From the NCBI GenBank assembly GCA_963769535.1, contig CAVYMC010000005.1, positions 89,084 through 153,083 on the forward strand: DNA of 64,000 nucleotides. Direction: 5' to 3'. The position numbers and the translations under genes are program-made. Below are positions 32,114-42,055 of this stretch, one piece after another (position 1 is the first letter of the stretch; the number at the start of each line of letters is the position of its first letter). The DNA comes from an uncultured Chloroflexia bacterium. GTDB taxonomy: Bacteria > Chloroflexota > Ktedonobacteria > Ktedonobacterales > Ktedonobacteraceae. The notes beneath the pieces are model-generated. The model saw only the letters and a list, made by a program, of their open reading frames with translations, ran no database searches and was not told the origin of the DNA.

Positions 32114-33409
32114 TTAAGTACGTGTGAGTATAGTGATCTCGAACGTCCCATCTGGCAGAACTCGAAGAAATTGTTTTGCACCGAGATGATAATGAGTAGG
32201 GCGTGTGTTTCGACCGTGCAATAGACGTTCTCCCGTTGTAATATCCCATATAGCAGTGCCATGTTCGTCCGAATAGGAAAACAGATAATCGTCAAAGAAT
32301 AAATTACCCTGTGGTCCTGCAAACCACCTGAGTTCTTTTCCTGATACTACATCAAAAATAACTATTGCCGGAAGTAACCAGATGTCGTCTTCACCGTATC
32401 CCCATACAGCCAGTGTGCGATTATCAACCCAACAAAGCGGCCCATCCCAGTAATACCACCTGTTACCAAGACTCATCTTTGATGGCCCGTCTTCTGATTC
32501 CCATACATTTTCATGGAACCAGCGCTGCAGGTTCCATGTTCTCAAAAAACCAATTGGTGTCCACCTCCAACCATTATCTACTATCCATTCCTGGTCAGGT
32601 GAAACAGTCAGCCCACAGTGGAAATAGTCCAGGTAATGTTCTGGAAGTTTATCTTTCTTATAGGGTTGAATAGTACGCTCGGTAAGCAACGTTCCCGTCC
32701 GGGGATCAGAGATATCCAGGCGGTTCCAGAGTGTACCGTGAACGAGCAATGTACGACCATCCTGCTCAAAAAAAACCAGAGGAAATTGAGAGTGTTGGAT
32801 ACAATAATTGTCGCGTTGCAAATGCATGGTGGCTCTGCCAGTCGCAAGGTCAATGACAACGCCATGTTGACCATGTGTATTTGCAACAGCTGCATACCGA
32901 CCATCTAATGAAAGACGAAGTAATAACGGTTGTTTGAAATTGATAGAATTTGCAGGAAGTTGAGCTAATACTGAGGCCGTGTAGCTGGCAAGATTAATAT
33001 GCCAGATGTTTTCCTCTTCCGTTATTCCTATCCATACACTTTCGCGTTGTGAGTCAAGCGGCTGGATTGCCAGTAATTTTTCATTGATAGGCACTCGCAT
33101 GGTTACGATTTTTGATGAAAAGGCCAGGCTGGTTGCGCGTTCATATATCTCAGGTTGTCCTAAAAGCCCGTCAAAGGATCCCTCTGTTTCTATGTTTGCA
33201 AAACAAGCAGCACAAATAGCTTGCAATTCAATGTCACTACTACCCTTATCAAATTGTTTATGACAATCCAGGCATATCAGGTGATACTCATGCTCCTTGC
33301 CAGTAAACCATTTATGATAATCTGTCCTATCCGGCGGGCGTTCAGTAAGATGAACACATACTAATTTTGTAGCCGTTGCATCCTGATGAGGGCAGTAGAT
33401 CTTTATCAT
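32114..33409 (-). CDS. hypothetical protein: N-terminal Cys-rich (zinc-ribbon-like) segment + beta-propeller-like repeats
   Basis: 'CPHQ..CVH..CLDCH..CAAC' followed by W/D/G-rich repeats. GC is about 45% by my hand count of one 60-nt line. The ATG lies 1 nt after the ychF stop. Confidence 0.5.
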   Translation of the reverse strand: MIKIYCPHQDATATKLVCVHLTERPPDRTDYHKWFTGKEHEYHLICLDCHKQFDKGSSDIELQAICAACFANIETEGSFDGLLGQPEIYERATSLAFSSKIVTMRVPINEKLLAIQPLDSQRESVWIGITEEENIWHINLASYTASVLAQLPANSINFKQPLLLRLSLDGRYAAVANTHGQHGVVIDLATGRATMHLQRDNYCIQHSQFPLVFFEQDGRTLLVHGTLWNRLDISDPRTGTLLTERTIQPYKKDKLPEHYLDYFHCGLTVSPDQEWIVDNGWRWTPIGFLRTWNLQRWFHENVWESEDGPSKMSLGNRWYYWDGPLCWVDNRTLAVWGYGEDDIWLLPAIVIFDVVSGKELRWFAGPQGNLFFDDYLFSYSDEHGTAIWDITTGERLLHGRNTRPTHYHLGAKQFLRVLPDGTFEITILTRT

Positions 33410-33410
33410 T

Positions 33411-34592
33411 TTATGCTTTCCCAACATTGAATCGAAAGTGCGCGATATCGCCATCCTGTATCACGTATTCTTTGCCCTCAAGCCTTTGCAAGCCCTTTTT
33501 CGCTGCGGCAGCGAACGAGCCACCGGAGGCCATGAAGTCTTCGTAGCGCGTCACTTCGGCGCGAATGAAGCCGCGCTCGATGTCGGAGTGAATCTTACCG
33601 GCGGCTTCTGGAGCTTTCGCGCCTTTCGTCACCGTCCAGGCGCGCACTTCGTCTTCGCCTGCGGTCAGGAAGGTAATCAGGTTGAGCAGGCGATAGCCCA
33701 CCTGGATGACGCGATCCGCGCCGAGTTTGGGCAACCCAAGTGATTCAAGGTATTCCGCCGCGTCCTCTTCTGGCAATTCTGCCAACTCGGCTTCCAGTCT
33801 GGCCGAGACTGCCGCTACTTCCGCGCCCTCGGCTTTCCCGCGCTTCGCAATAATGGCTATGCCTCGAAGTTCGCCTTCCTGTTTATCGAGGTCAACATCC
33901 TCGCCAGCCGCGATGCGTTCCAACAGATAGCTGGCTGCGCCTAGTGCATCTTCGCTGACGTTCAGTACGTACATGCGCGGTTTCAGGGTGAGCAAGAAGA
34001 GTTCGCTGAGTACGGCGCGATCCTGCGCGAGGAGTTCAAGCGAACTTACCGGCCTCAAATCGTTCAGCGCCTCCTGCAACAGTTGCAGGATATCGAGTTC
34101 CTGCTGGTACTTCTTATCGCCCGATTTGGCAGCTTTTTTGGTGCGCTCGATGCGTTTTTCGACGGTAGCGAGGTCTGTCAGCGCCAGTTCCGCGTTCAGG
34201 CTATCCAGGTCGCGATTCGGGTCTATCGAACTGTAGATATGCGGGACGTTGCTATTCTCGAAGGTGCGCAGCACGATAGCCAGCGCGTCAGCATTGCGAA
34301 TATGCCCGATAAACTCCGCGCTCAACCCCTCGCGTTTCTCGCCGTCTCCATGCGCGGCCTGACCCACGCCCGCCACGTCCACAAATTCAACGGTGGCATA
34401 CGTGGTCTTTTTGGGATGAAAAATATCCGCCAGTGGCTGCAGGCGCGCATCAGGTACCTGCACAACGGCAAAATTCGCCTGCACCGTGCTGGTCGCGTAG
34501 CCGCTCACCGGCGCGCCAGCCCTGGTGATTGCATTAAACAACGAGGTCTTCCCGCTCTGGGGCAGACCAATCATTCCAATAGTGAGAGCCAT
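33411..34592 (-). CDS. ychF: redox-regulated ATPase YchF
   Basis: G1 'GLPQSGKTSLFNAIT', and C-terminal 'GKIHSDIERGFIRAEV' and 'GKEYVIQDGDIAHFRFNV'. Confidence 0.92.
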   Translation of the reverse strand: MALTIGMIGLPQSGKTSLFNAITRAGAPVSGYATSTVQANFAVVQVPDARLQPLADIFHPKKTTYATVEFVDVAGVGQAAHGDGEKREGLSAEFIGHIRNADALAIVLRTFENSNVPHIYSSIDPNRDLDSLNAELALTDLATVEKRIERTKKAAKSGDKKYQQELDILQLLQEALNDLRPVSSLELLAQDRAVLSELFLLTLKPRMYVLNVSEDALGAASYLLERIAAGEDVDLDKQEGELRGIAIIAKRGKAEGAEVAAVSARLEAELAELPEEDAAEYLESLGLPKLGADRVIQVGYRLLNLITFLTAGEDEVRAWTVTKGAKAPEAAGKIHSDIERGFIRAEVTRYEDFMASGGSFAAAAKKGLQRLEGKEYVIQDGDIAHFRFNVGKA

Positions 34593-34629
34593 ATGTATAA
34601 ACCTCTTCTGCTATAATCAGTGCCAGGTA

Positions 34630-34793
34630 CCAGGGCGACTGCGAGGGTCGCCCGTACAATATACGGACGCCGCGAACCGATTCGTTGTATTGTACGGGCG
34701 ACCCTCGCGGTCGCCCTGGCCTCTTTGATCCGGCCAATGTGCCGATGGATACGTTGATTGGTATTGTACGGGCGACCCTCGCGGTCGCCCTGG
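34630..34793. repeat. family A palindromic elements: one forward unit plus two reverse units (37-nt direct repeat, 74-nt period)
   Basis: 'ccagggcgactgcgagggtcgcccgtacaata' (34630-34661), then 'tattgtacgggcgaccctcgcggtcgccctgg' at 34688-34719 and 34762-34793. Confidence 0.9.
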
Positions 34794-34888
34794 CCTCTCC
34801 GCAGTCCAGGCAACTTGACGTTATCTCAACAACCTATTACAATATGCTTGTCTGAATTACATTTCCCACAAGTTGGAGGATAGCTTTT

Positions 34889-35119
34889 ATGCCATTGTAC
34901 GAGTATTACTGCTCGGACTGCAAATCTAAGTTCGAACTGCTTGTCAGCCACCAGTACGCCGATGATATTGTGTGCAAGAAATGTCACGGCGAAAAAGTGC
35001 GTCGCCTGCTCTCTGTCTTTGCTCGCACGAGTGGCGGCAGCGATGACAGCGCCTGCGACGACATGGGCGCTTCGATGGGTAGTTGTGGCTGCGGCAACGG
35101 CGGCTGCGGCTGCCATTAA
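34889..35119 (+). CDS. FmdB-family zinc-ribbon protein
   Basis: 'MPLYEYYCSDCKSKFE...CKKCHG'. Confidence 0.8.
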   Translation: MPLYEYYCSDCKSKFELLVSHQYADDIVCKKCHGEKVRRLLSVFARTSGGSDDSACDDMGASMGSCGCGNGGCGCH

Positions 35120-35133
35120 GCAGGATATACTTC

Positions 35134-35643
35134 ATGTTCAACAAAGTCAGCTATCGACGCGGCGTGGTAGAGGGTAGCATCATCTACACGCTGGGTCGGT
35201 TGGGAGCCTTGATTACGCCCGCCTTCTTCCCCGGCTGGCTTTTCATAATCGCCCCCTTGCTTTTCTTAACCCTGCAATTCCTCATCGCGCCCCTGTGGGC
35301 CACGCGCCGCCTACAGTCTACCAAACGCGAGCGATTAAGTAAACGGTTATGGCTACTTGGGCCACGCCTGGCGGGTATTTGCATTGCCATTGATGTAGTG
35401 ATCTCGCTCACGATGGGCCTGGCTATCTTCACCTTCACCAGCGCCCAGCAAGGCCCCGTCCTCTATCGTTTCTTCGCGAGCGGCCCCAACCATCTTAGCC
35501 TGCTCGATTTCGGCCTCTACGAACTAAGAAGCATCGCGCTCTTGCTGGCTCTGCATACCCTCACTGTCATCTGTACGCGCCTCGGCCAGGGCGGATTCCT
35601 ACGGTTTACGATGCCTGCAGGGGGGAATCGAGTGACATTGTAA
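35134..35643 (+). CDS. integral membrane protein
   Basis: Four hydrophobic helices, starting 'MFNKVSYRRG'. Confidence 0.55.
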   Translation: MFNKVSYRRGVVEGSIIYTLGRLGALITPAFFPGWLFIIAPLLFLTLQFLIAPLWATRRLQSTKRERLSKRLWLLGPRLAGICIAIDVVISLTMGLAIFTFTSAQQGPVLYRFFASGPNHLSLLDFGLYELRSIALLLALHTLTVICTRLGQGGFLRFTMPAGGNRVTL

Positions 35644-35651
35644 TGCTTTTG

Positions 35652-36530
35652 TCATCCCATACGCATCATCTCCAAAAAACTCCACGATTTCATATCACGT
35701 TCGAGGTGGAAACGCAGCAGGTCGTACATCACCGCTTCTAATTCGCTGTGCAGGCGCGTATCGGGGCGCATACGGGCGGCCTCGCTCCATTTGACGCGCT
35801 GCATGTAACGCAGTACCTTGAGGACATCGAGCGAGAGACGGCGTTCCCACAGGCGCGAACATTGGGGACACAGCACGCCGCCAAGCGAGGCGCGGAAGCC
35901 ATTTTCCTCCGGGCGAATCTCGCTGGCGCAACTGGCGCAGCTCTGCAAGACTGGCTCGTAACCAACAGCCATCAGCAGGCGCAGTTCGAAGTAGCGCAGT
36001 AGCAGGCGTGTTTGTCCCTCTTGCTGTTGTGGGGTTGTAGGAACGCGATTTATCGCGTCCGTCATCGTGTTCTTGTCCATCACGTCCTCACTCGCATCTC
36101 TGGCCGTGACTAAACTGGCAAGCTGTTGTTGCAGCGCGTTGGCGTCGGCGTCCAGGTAGCGCAGTGTGTCCAGCAGCAGGACATAGATGTCGTAGTGTTG
36201 CGTCTGGTCTTCCACAAAGCGATCCACCAGTTCGGCGAGGTAGAAGCCGCAGGTCATATGCCACAGGTCGTTGCGCAGGTGCAGGAAGTTCTCGCGTCCC
36301 TCAGCCTGTGTGACGATATCGAGGTTGCGCCCCACAGCTACTTGTAACTGGCTGCGGCAGAGCAAGTCGACGTGGCCGGCCAGCTTGCTGATGGGGCGGC
36401 GCGTGCCTTTGGCGACAGCGTGAATTTTGCCTTTGCCAGGCGTGAAAAGGGTGAGGATACGATCAGCTTCCCCAAGGTCGATGCGCTTGAGGACAATCGC
36501 TTCGGTGGAATAACTATGCGGAGAGCGCAT
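35652..36530 (-). CDS. recO: DNA repair protein RecO
   Basis: 'YSTEAIVLKRIDLGEADRILTLFTPGKGKIHAVAKG' OB fold and Zn motif 'CASCAS...CPQC'. The ORF-track N-terminal extension runs through two tRNA genes, so I trimmed it to 'MRSPHSY'. Confidence 0.9.
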   Translation of the reverse strand: MRSPHSYSTEAIVLKRIDLGEADRILTLFTPGKGKIHAVAKGTRRPISKLAGHVDLLCRSQLQVAVGRNLDIVTQAEGRENFLHLRNDLWHMTCGFYLAELVDRFVEDQTQHYDIYVLLLDTLRYLDADANALQQQLASLVTARDASEDVMDKNTMTDAINRVPTTPQQQEGQTRLLLRYFELRLLMAVGYEPVLQSCASCASEIRPEENGFRASLGGVLCPQCSRLWERRLSLDVLKVLRYMQRVKWSEAARMRPDTRLHSELEAVMYDLLRFHLERDMKSWSFLEMMRMG

Positions 36531-36584
36531 GAGGAACACCTTGCATACATGAAAAAAAGACGCGATAGGTAAATCACGTCGGAT

Positions 36585-36658
36585 TGGAGGCGACGAGCGG
36601 ATTCGAACCGCTGGTGCAGCTTTTGCAGAGCCGTGCCTTACCACTTGGCGACGTCGCC
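36585..36658 (-). tRNA. tRNA-Cys (GCA), CCA encoded
   Basis: Acceptor ggcgacg/cgtcgcc, anticodon loop ctGCAaa, T arm agcgg-ttcgaat-ccgct. Confidence 0.9.
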
Positions 36659-36675
36659 CTATCAAGATGAAAAAA

Positions 36676-36750
36676 TGGAGCGGGAGACGGGGATCGAACC
36701 CGCGACTTTCTCCTTGGCAAGGAGATGCTCTACCACTGAGCCACTCCCGC
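36676..36750 (-). tRNA. tRNA-Gly (GCC), CCA encoded
   Basis: Acceptor gcgggag/ctcccgc, D arm gctc-agtggta-gagc, anticodon loop ttGCCaa. Confidence 0.9.
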
Positions 36751-36797
36751 AAATGCTTGCGTTTGCATGATTAAGATACCATACCCTCCAAGATTTG

Positions 36798-39312
36798 TCA
36801 ACTGCTTTTTTCCTCTATTACGAAGCCGCGTTCGCGCAGCAACTCCAATACGCGCGCCAGGGCATCGGGTGAGACGCGCACCAGACGGCTGGCGGGGGGG
36901 ACTTCCGCGTTCGAGCAGTGCGCCGAGTTCTTCGTCGGCCTGGATGTCGCGCAGGGTCGCGGCTGACAGGCGCAGCATGGGAGCCTGTTCCACCTGGATG
37001 ACTTGCTGGCGGTCGTATCCGCCGCCCCATAGTTTGAGGCGTATGAGAAAGGAGGGCGGTACTCCGCCCTGGCAATATTGCTGCAAAAAGCGCACGATAT
37101 GCTCGAGGGGGATATGCTGGCTGGCCGCGATTGACGCCGATGTGATACGTCTCCAACCGCTTGCCTCGTCAGGTTCAGAAATGCGGTCTAGTTCTGCTGC
37201 CAGGTACAGGTTGACAACGGGGTAGAGAGGCTGTAACAGGCCATCGGTTAGCAGTTTCCACTGGGCTTCGTGTACTGGCATGTGTCCGCTTGCCAGCAGG
37301 TCATTGTAAAGCGGAGCGGAGGCCAGCGCGGGCATGTATTCTCGCTGCCAGAGCAATGTTTGTAGCGCGTCCATATGTTCGTTCTTCACTTCGGCCAGCA
37401 GGGGAGCCACGCGGCGACCAAAAAGCGAGCGCGTCTGCTCGTCCGCGAACAATTCGTCGAGGAGGGCGGCCTCGTCCACTTCGAGCAGAGCGACACGCGG
37501 CCATAGCTCGATGCGCCGCGCCTGCCGCTCCCATTCCACCAGCGAATAGCTGATGTTTTGTGGAATCGCAGTACTCCCACCTGCGGCCTGTTCCAATTGC
37601 TGCTGAATCGTTTCGGCTCGCAGCCCCATCTGTACAGCGCGGGTCACGCTGGCCTTCGTCAGACGGTATTGGGCGATCTGTTCCAGGCGGGCGCGCTCGG
37701 CAAAGCGGTCTAAATTCACTAACAGGGCTTCGGAAACGGGGGCCAGGGCAATCAATTCAAAGTTTGGCTGCACCACCAGCCTGCCCCATACCACATCGTC
37801 AGGCGGGGGTGGGTCGTCATTGATGATATCCGAAATGTGTGGGAGAATACGAAAGGTGTCCGGTTTGTCTTCTTCCTTTACTTCCACCAGCCCTAACCAG
37901 CGCAACGGGCCGTTGAGCATGGCGCGTATGAAGCCGCCTTCCACCTGGTGCCAGCCCTCGCGATGCGTCAACCAGCCGTGCCGCAGGCGGAAATCCCAGC
38001 TATAAGGATTGCTGCCGGTGGAATAGCGTTCCGCGCGCGCCCCATATTGACGCGGGAAGAGCAGATAGGGAACGTATAGCTTGGCGCGCGCGATAAATGT
38101 AGAAAAGCTTTGCCATTCGCCCGGCGTCTGCAATGACTGCTCTACCACCCGCTCCATCACCATTAAACGCGCGTGTAAGACTTCGGGGTGCGCGGGATCA
38201 AACGGTCCGGGGCCGGGGCGCAGGATGACGCCTGGCAGGTAGCCTGGTTCGTTCCAGAAAGGCGTCTCAAGCCACAGGCGGTAGCAGCGTCGCGCCCGTT
38301 CCACAAGTGGCAGGGCGAAATAGGCTTCTGCCGGCGCGGCAAATAAAGCTCCATTGCGCTCATAGAGCAGTTCCAGTTTCATGAGCAACAGGCGCAGAAA
38401 TAACAGGTGCGGCGCGTCCGCCTCGGTGCGCACCAGTTCGGTGTTCAAGGTGGGTTCAACCTGGTCGATAACCTGGCGCAGCGCGGGACGCGAAAGTAAC
38501 TTGCTGCTCACCAGCGGCAGGCCTTCGCGGGACGCGAAAACCTGCGACCAGTAGAGGTAGAGCGAACGTTGTAGGGCCAGCACCCCTTCGCTGATCAATG
38601 CCTGGCCGTTGCTCTCGCTTACCTCGCTGTCGTCGCGCGTTTCGCCAGGTAAGCTACTCACTGGGCGTTCGCTCAGAACGATTGACGCCGCTTCCATTAC
38701 GACGTGTGGCACAATCAAGACACCGTCATAGACGCCATTGGAGTAGTCGCGCCCCACGAAGTTCGTTTGTTTGCCCCAGTAGAGCAGCCCCAACAGCAGC
38801 AGGCGATGCAAGGCTAGCTCAAATACGCCGTGCGGATGCGGCGGTGGATATTGCAGGGCGTTGCTATGAGCAGTCTCGGCATAGGGACGCAGCGAAGGAG
38901 TTGCTTGCCATTGCGAGCCTGGCTCGCGTTTATGGCGCGCAGCATCCCCGGACAATTCGGTTGAGCCGGGATGCTGCGTTGAAAGCGCGCCGGACGCGGT
39001 GAGTTTATCGGTGGGTGACTTATCTTTGCTCTGACCGAGCAGTTGCGCGCTGGTGAAATATAAGGCCAGGTCGCGGCTATTGGCGCGGCCTCCGCAGGCT
39101 ACCAGCTCGCGCAGGATGCGTGTTTCCAGTTCGCCCAGTTCGCCAATGACGGCGCGGCAAGCGTCCAGATCAAAGAGAGCTTCGCCTATCTCGGCGGGAC
39201 TCAAAGTATCGAGCGAATTTTTCTGCGCCTGTGGCAAATGTCGCGCCCTTGCCACCGCCTGTAAGTGATAGGGTGGCACGTTTTGTAACAGGTAGAGATC
39301 GCTCGCTTCCAT
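36798..39312 (-). CDS. large hypothetical protein with XPB-DRD/'helicase-associated' (Helicase_C_3-like) C-terminal region; paralog of the upstream SWIM protein (frameshift in a G7 run as sequenced)
   Basis: 'YRLTKASVTRAVQMGLRAETIQQQLE...IPQNISYSLVEWERQARRIELW...ALLEVDEAALLDEL'. Reading the G7 run (36894-36900) as G6 gives a clean end '...ASRLVRVSPDALARVLELLRERGFVIEEKSS*' at 36798, instead of an ORF that overlaps tRNA-Gly. Confidence 0.7.
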
Positions 39313-39313
39313 A

Positions 39314-41840
39314 TTATCCTTCCTCGTGCAGCAAGGGTGCCTGGCCGCGTTTCTTGAGTTCTTCAACCAGTTGCTCTCCACCCTGCTTTCTGAGAAGCAT
39401 GAGGGTAGGATGAATATTTTGGATGATCTGTTTTTCGATTGAGGTGGTCAGGGCCAGCTCGCGCATCACCAGCCCATCCGCGACCTCGAGCAGCGTGGCG
39501 TCTGTATACAAACGGACACGCCCATAATTCGCCAGGCGTTTCTCAAGCTGACGCAGCAGGCGCGCCAGCGCATCTTGTCCAGGCTTCCCCATGCCCTCCA
39601 ACTCTGTAGCCCGGCGCAGTAACTCGAGCAACGGGGCGAAGGATTCCCCTCGATTCAAAGCCTCGCTCAACGATGATGGCGTTAATCGATAACAGAGCCG
39701 CCCGGCGCGCACCCCAGGCGGCTGAGCAAAGCGTTCTACCAGTTGAATGGCCGACCAATTTTCGAAAGAGGACAACAATAACAACTCATCCTGTTCAGAT
39801 ACCTCAATATGCTCGGGGGCAGCGCTCATGAAAGGCGCGCTCGCCATCACGGTATCGATGGATGCATCGTGTACAGGCGCGGTATTCGCCGGGGCAATGT
39901 GTGTAGTTGCAATAGCCTGGGCTTCTACAGGTTCGCCTTTCAAGAGTAACTCGATCATTGGTGTGAGGCGAAATGCTTGCAAACGTCCATCTTCTTTGAA
40001 GGCGAGATCACTGATACCCCACCAGTGCAGCGGGCCTTGCAGGAGTTGCGCGAGATAGCGTCCCTCGGCTCGTTGCCAGTCATTCCACTGGGCAGGCTGC
40101 AAAGGTCGTCCCTCCTCCTGTTCGATCCACCAGTGGGGCGTAGGGAAAGCGCGTTGGCGATGCTGCAAAAAGGTCGGATTCAAGCGATAGACCAGGCGGG
40201 CGAAGGCGGTGAAATCGATCCATTGCTGCGTGGGAGCCTGCGCAAGTAATGTGAGAAGCGTCTGCCGGGCCGCCTTGTTCTCTGCTTCCAGTTCGCCCGC
40301 GCGTAGTACGGGCGTGTTCATAAGGGTAGCGCGGCAACGCAACAGTAAACCTTCTTCCCGCAGGTCAAATATCTCTCTATAGCTGGATTGGCGCTGCCAG
40401 TGCGTAAAGAGTTCAAAAAGTACTTCGGAACGCGACATGCCGAGCAGCAGCCCGGTGGCATTGGGCAACATGCGCAGCACAGAGGTACCGGTTGAATTCG
40501 CTTCGTTCTCAATATAAAGAATGTCCGACAGGCGCAGCACCAGGTAAGCAAAACGTAAGAAAGCGGGGGGGAGTGGAATCAGCGCCTGCAACCGCTCCAG
40601 CAGCGACGCCGGGGGCAGTCCGGCAGGCGCGGGCAAAGCCGTGGAGCCGTCGCTGGACTGCGCATTCACAGCGCGCGCGAGGGGATTGCCCGTATCGCTC
40701 CTGCCACCACGCTCTGTGCGCCTGTCATCGCGCTCCACGAGGTAGCCATCGAGGGCGCGCGCGACCAGCAATAGATCCGGCAGCAACTGAAATGGCTCAG
40801 CGTATTCTATCGTAGAAGGCGCGTCCTGGCCCTCAATGTCAAAAGTCGTTGTCGGTAGCGCAATATGCAAAGCGGCTCGCACCTCCGGCGGTACGTACCA
40901 GTTGATGTCGAGCAGCGACGAGTTTAAGGAACTGCGTAGCTGGAAAGACATGTTCGTATTGGCGCGGAGCAACAGGACTTTCCCTTGCAATGTGACGAGC
41001 ATCTGTTGCAACTTTTCGGGCTTGCCAAGCGAGAACCGTTCAAAAAGGCCGCGCAGCTCTTCATCGTTCATATGACCGCCGGCCAGTGTGAGGGTGGCTA
41101 AGAACTGGCGCTGCGCTTTTTCCAGTGTCCCCACGACGCGCCTGACGGCTTCGGGCTGCCGCAGCTTATCCATGATGGCCTCGACCAGTTCAGCTTTGCC
41201 AGAGCCAGCGTTGACACTATCATATTCGCGCGCCATAGCCCGCAAATCTCCTAACGCAAGTTGCATGAGGGTATCGGCAGTATTTAGCGCGGGGACGGAG
41301 CCAGACATATGCAACGGAGAACTGGAATGTAACGGGCTAACCAGGCGCGCTGGTTTATAACTCATATCAGCAGACGTACTCGCTTCATTTACGCTTTCCG
41401 GCACAGGCGAGGATGGAATAACGTCAATAGGAGGAGCGAAGGTAAATGGATGAGCAAGCCACTGGTAAAGCAATGCGGCTGCATGAGCGCATATAGGAGC
41501 CGAAGCTCCGTTCATCATGGGACAGGTACAATGGACATCCCACGTTTGCGGGTCATGTACGTCAACACTGACAGTATAGCGATCAAGCGAGTAGTTTTCC
41601 AATGCTTTTGCGGCATTTGTCGCTGTTACGCCTCCCTTAAAGGCCAGATTCGAGAGGTCAACCACACCAGAGAGCCGCGCTCCCTGGCGTTTCGTTGAAT
41701 GGACAGACTCCTGAACGGCAATAGTCTTGACCCTGTGACGCTATCGCCAGCCCTGCCCGGCTGATAATATCAGCCTCACGCAGGCGCTGCAAGACGCCAG
41801 GCGCAACATCATACATCTCTCTCAGCCCATAAATACGCAT
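39314..41840 (-). CDS. SWIM zinc-finger protein with SAP/Rho_N-like segment and Helicase_C_3-like C-terminus (frameshift ~41700 as sequenced)
   Basis: SWIM 'CTCPMMNGASAPICAHAAALLYQW', 'LRAMAREYDSVNAGSGKAELVEAIMDKL', and C-terminus 'YRLTPSSLSEALNRGESFAPLLELLRR...YGRVRLYTDATLLEV'. The N-terminal part lies in ORF 41658..41870 ('LREADIISRAGLAIASQGQDYCRSG'). Confidence 0.7.
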
Positions 41841-41889
41841 TGGAATATTCGTGTCGCAATATGATAGCATGTAGTTCAGTTAAGGTCAA

Positions 41890-42055
41890 ATCCCCGTTAT
41901 TCATGAGGCGTGAAAACATTAAAGATATCTCGCGCGACATCAAAATCTACCCCGATTCAAAACACTCGTTCTTCAACGACAAAGGCCGGGCCTACGACGC
42001 CACCACCTCAGAAGACGCCTGGACGCGCATCCAGACGTTTTTCCAGGAACATATG
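41890..42055 (+). pseudogene. C-terminal remnant of a dienelactone hydrolase-family gene
   Basis: Only about 55 codons remain ('IKIYPDSKHSFFNDKGRAYDATTSEDAWTRIQTFFQEH'), with no upstream body. They run directly into the repeat cluster. Confidence 0.55.

Noticed and set aside
36530-36808. ORF-track extents of recO (to 36752) and of the 883-aa ORF (from 36730) overlapping tRNA-Cys/tRNA-Gly.
   Set aside because: recO has a canonical internal start at 36530. The 883-aa ORF's tail is an artefact of a G7 homopolymer; the corrected frame stops at 36798, clear of the tRNAs.
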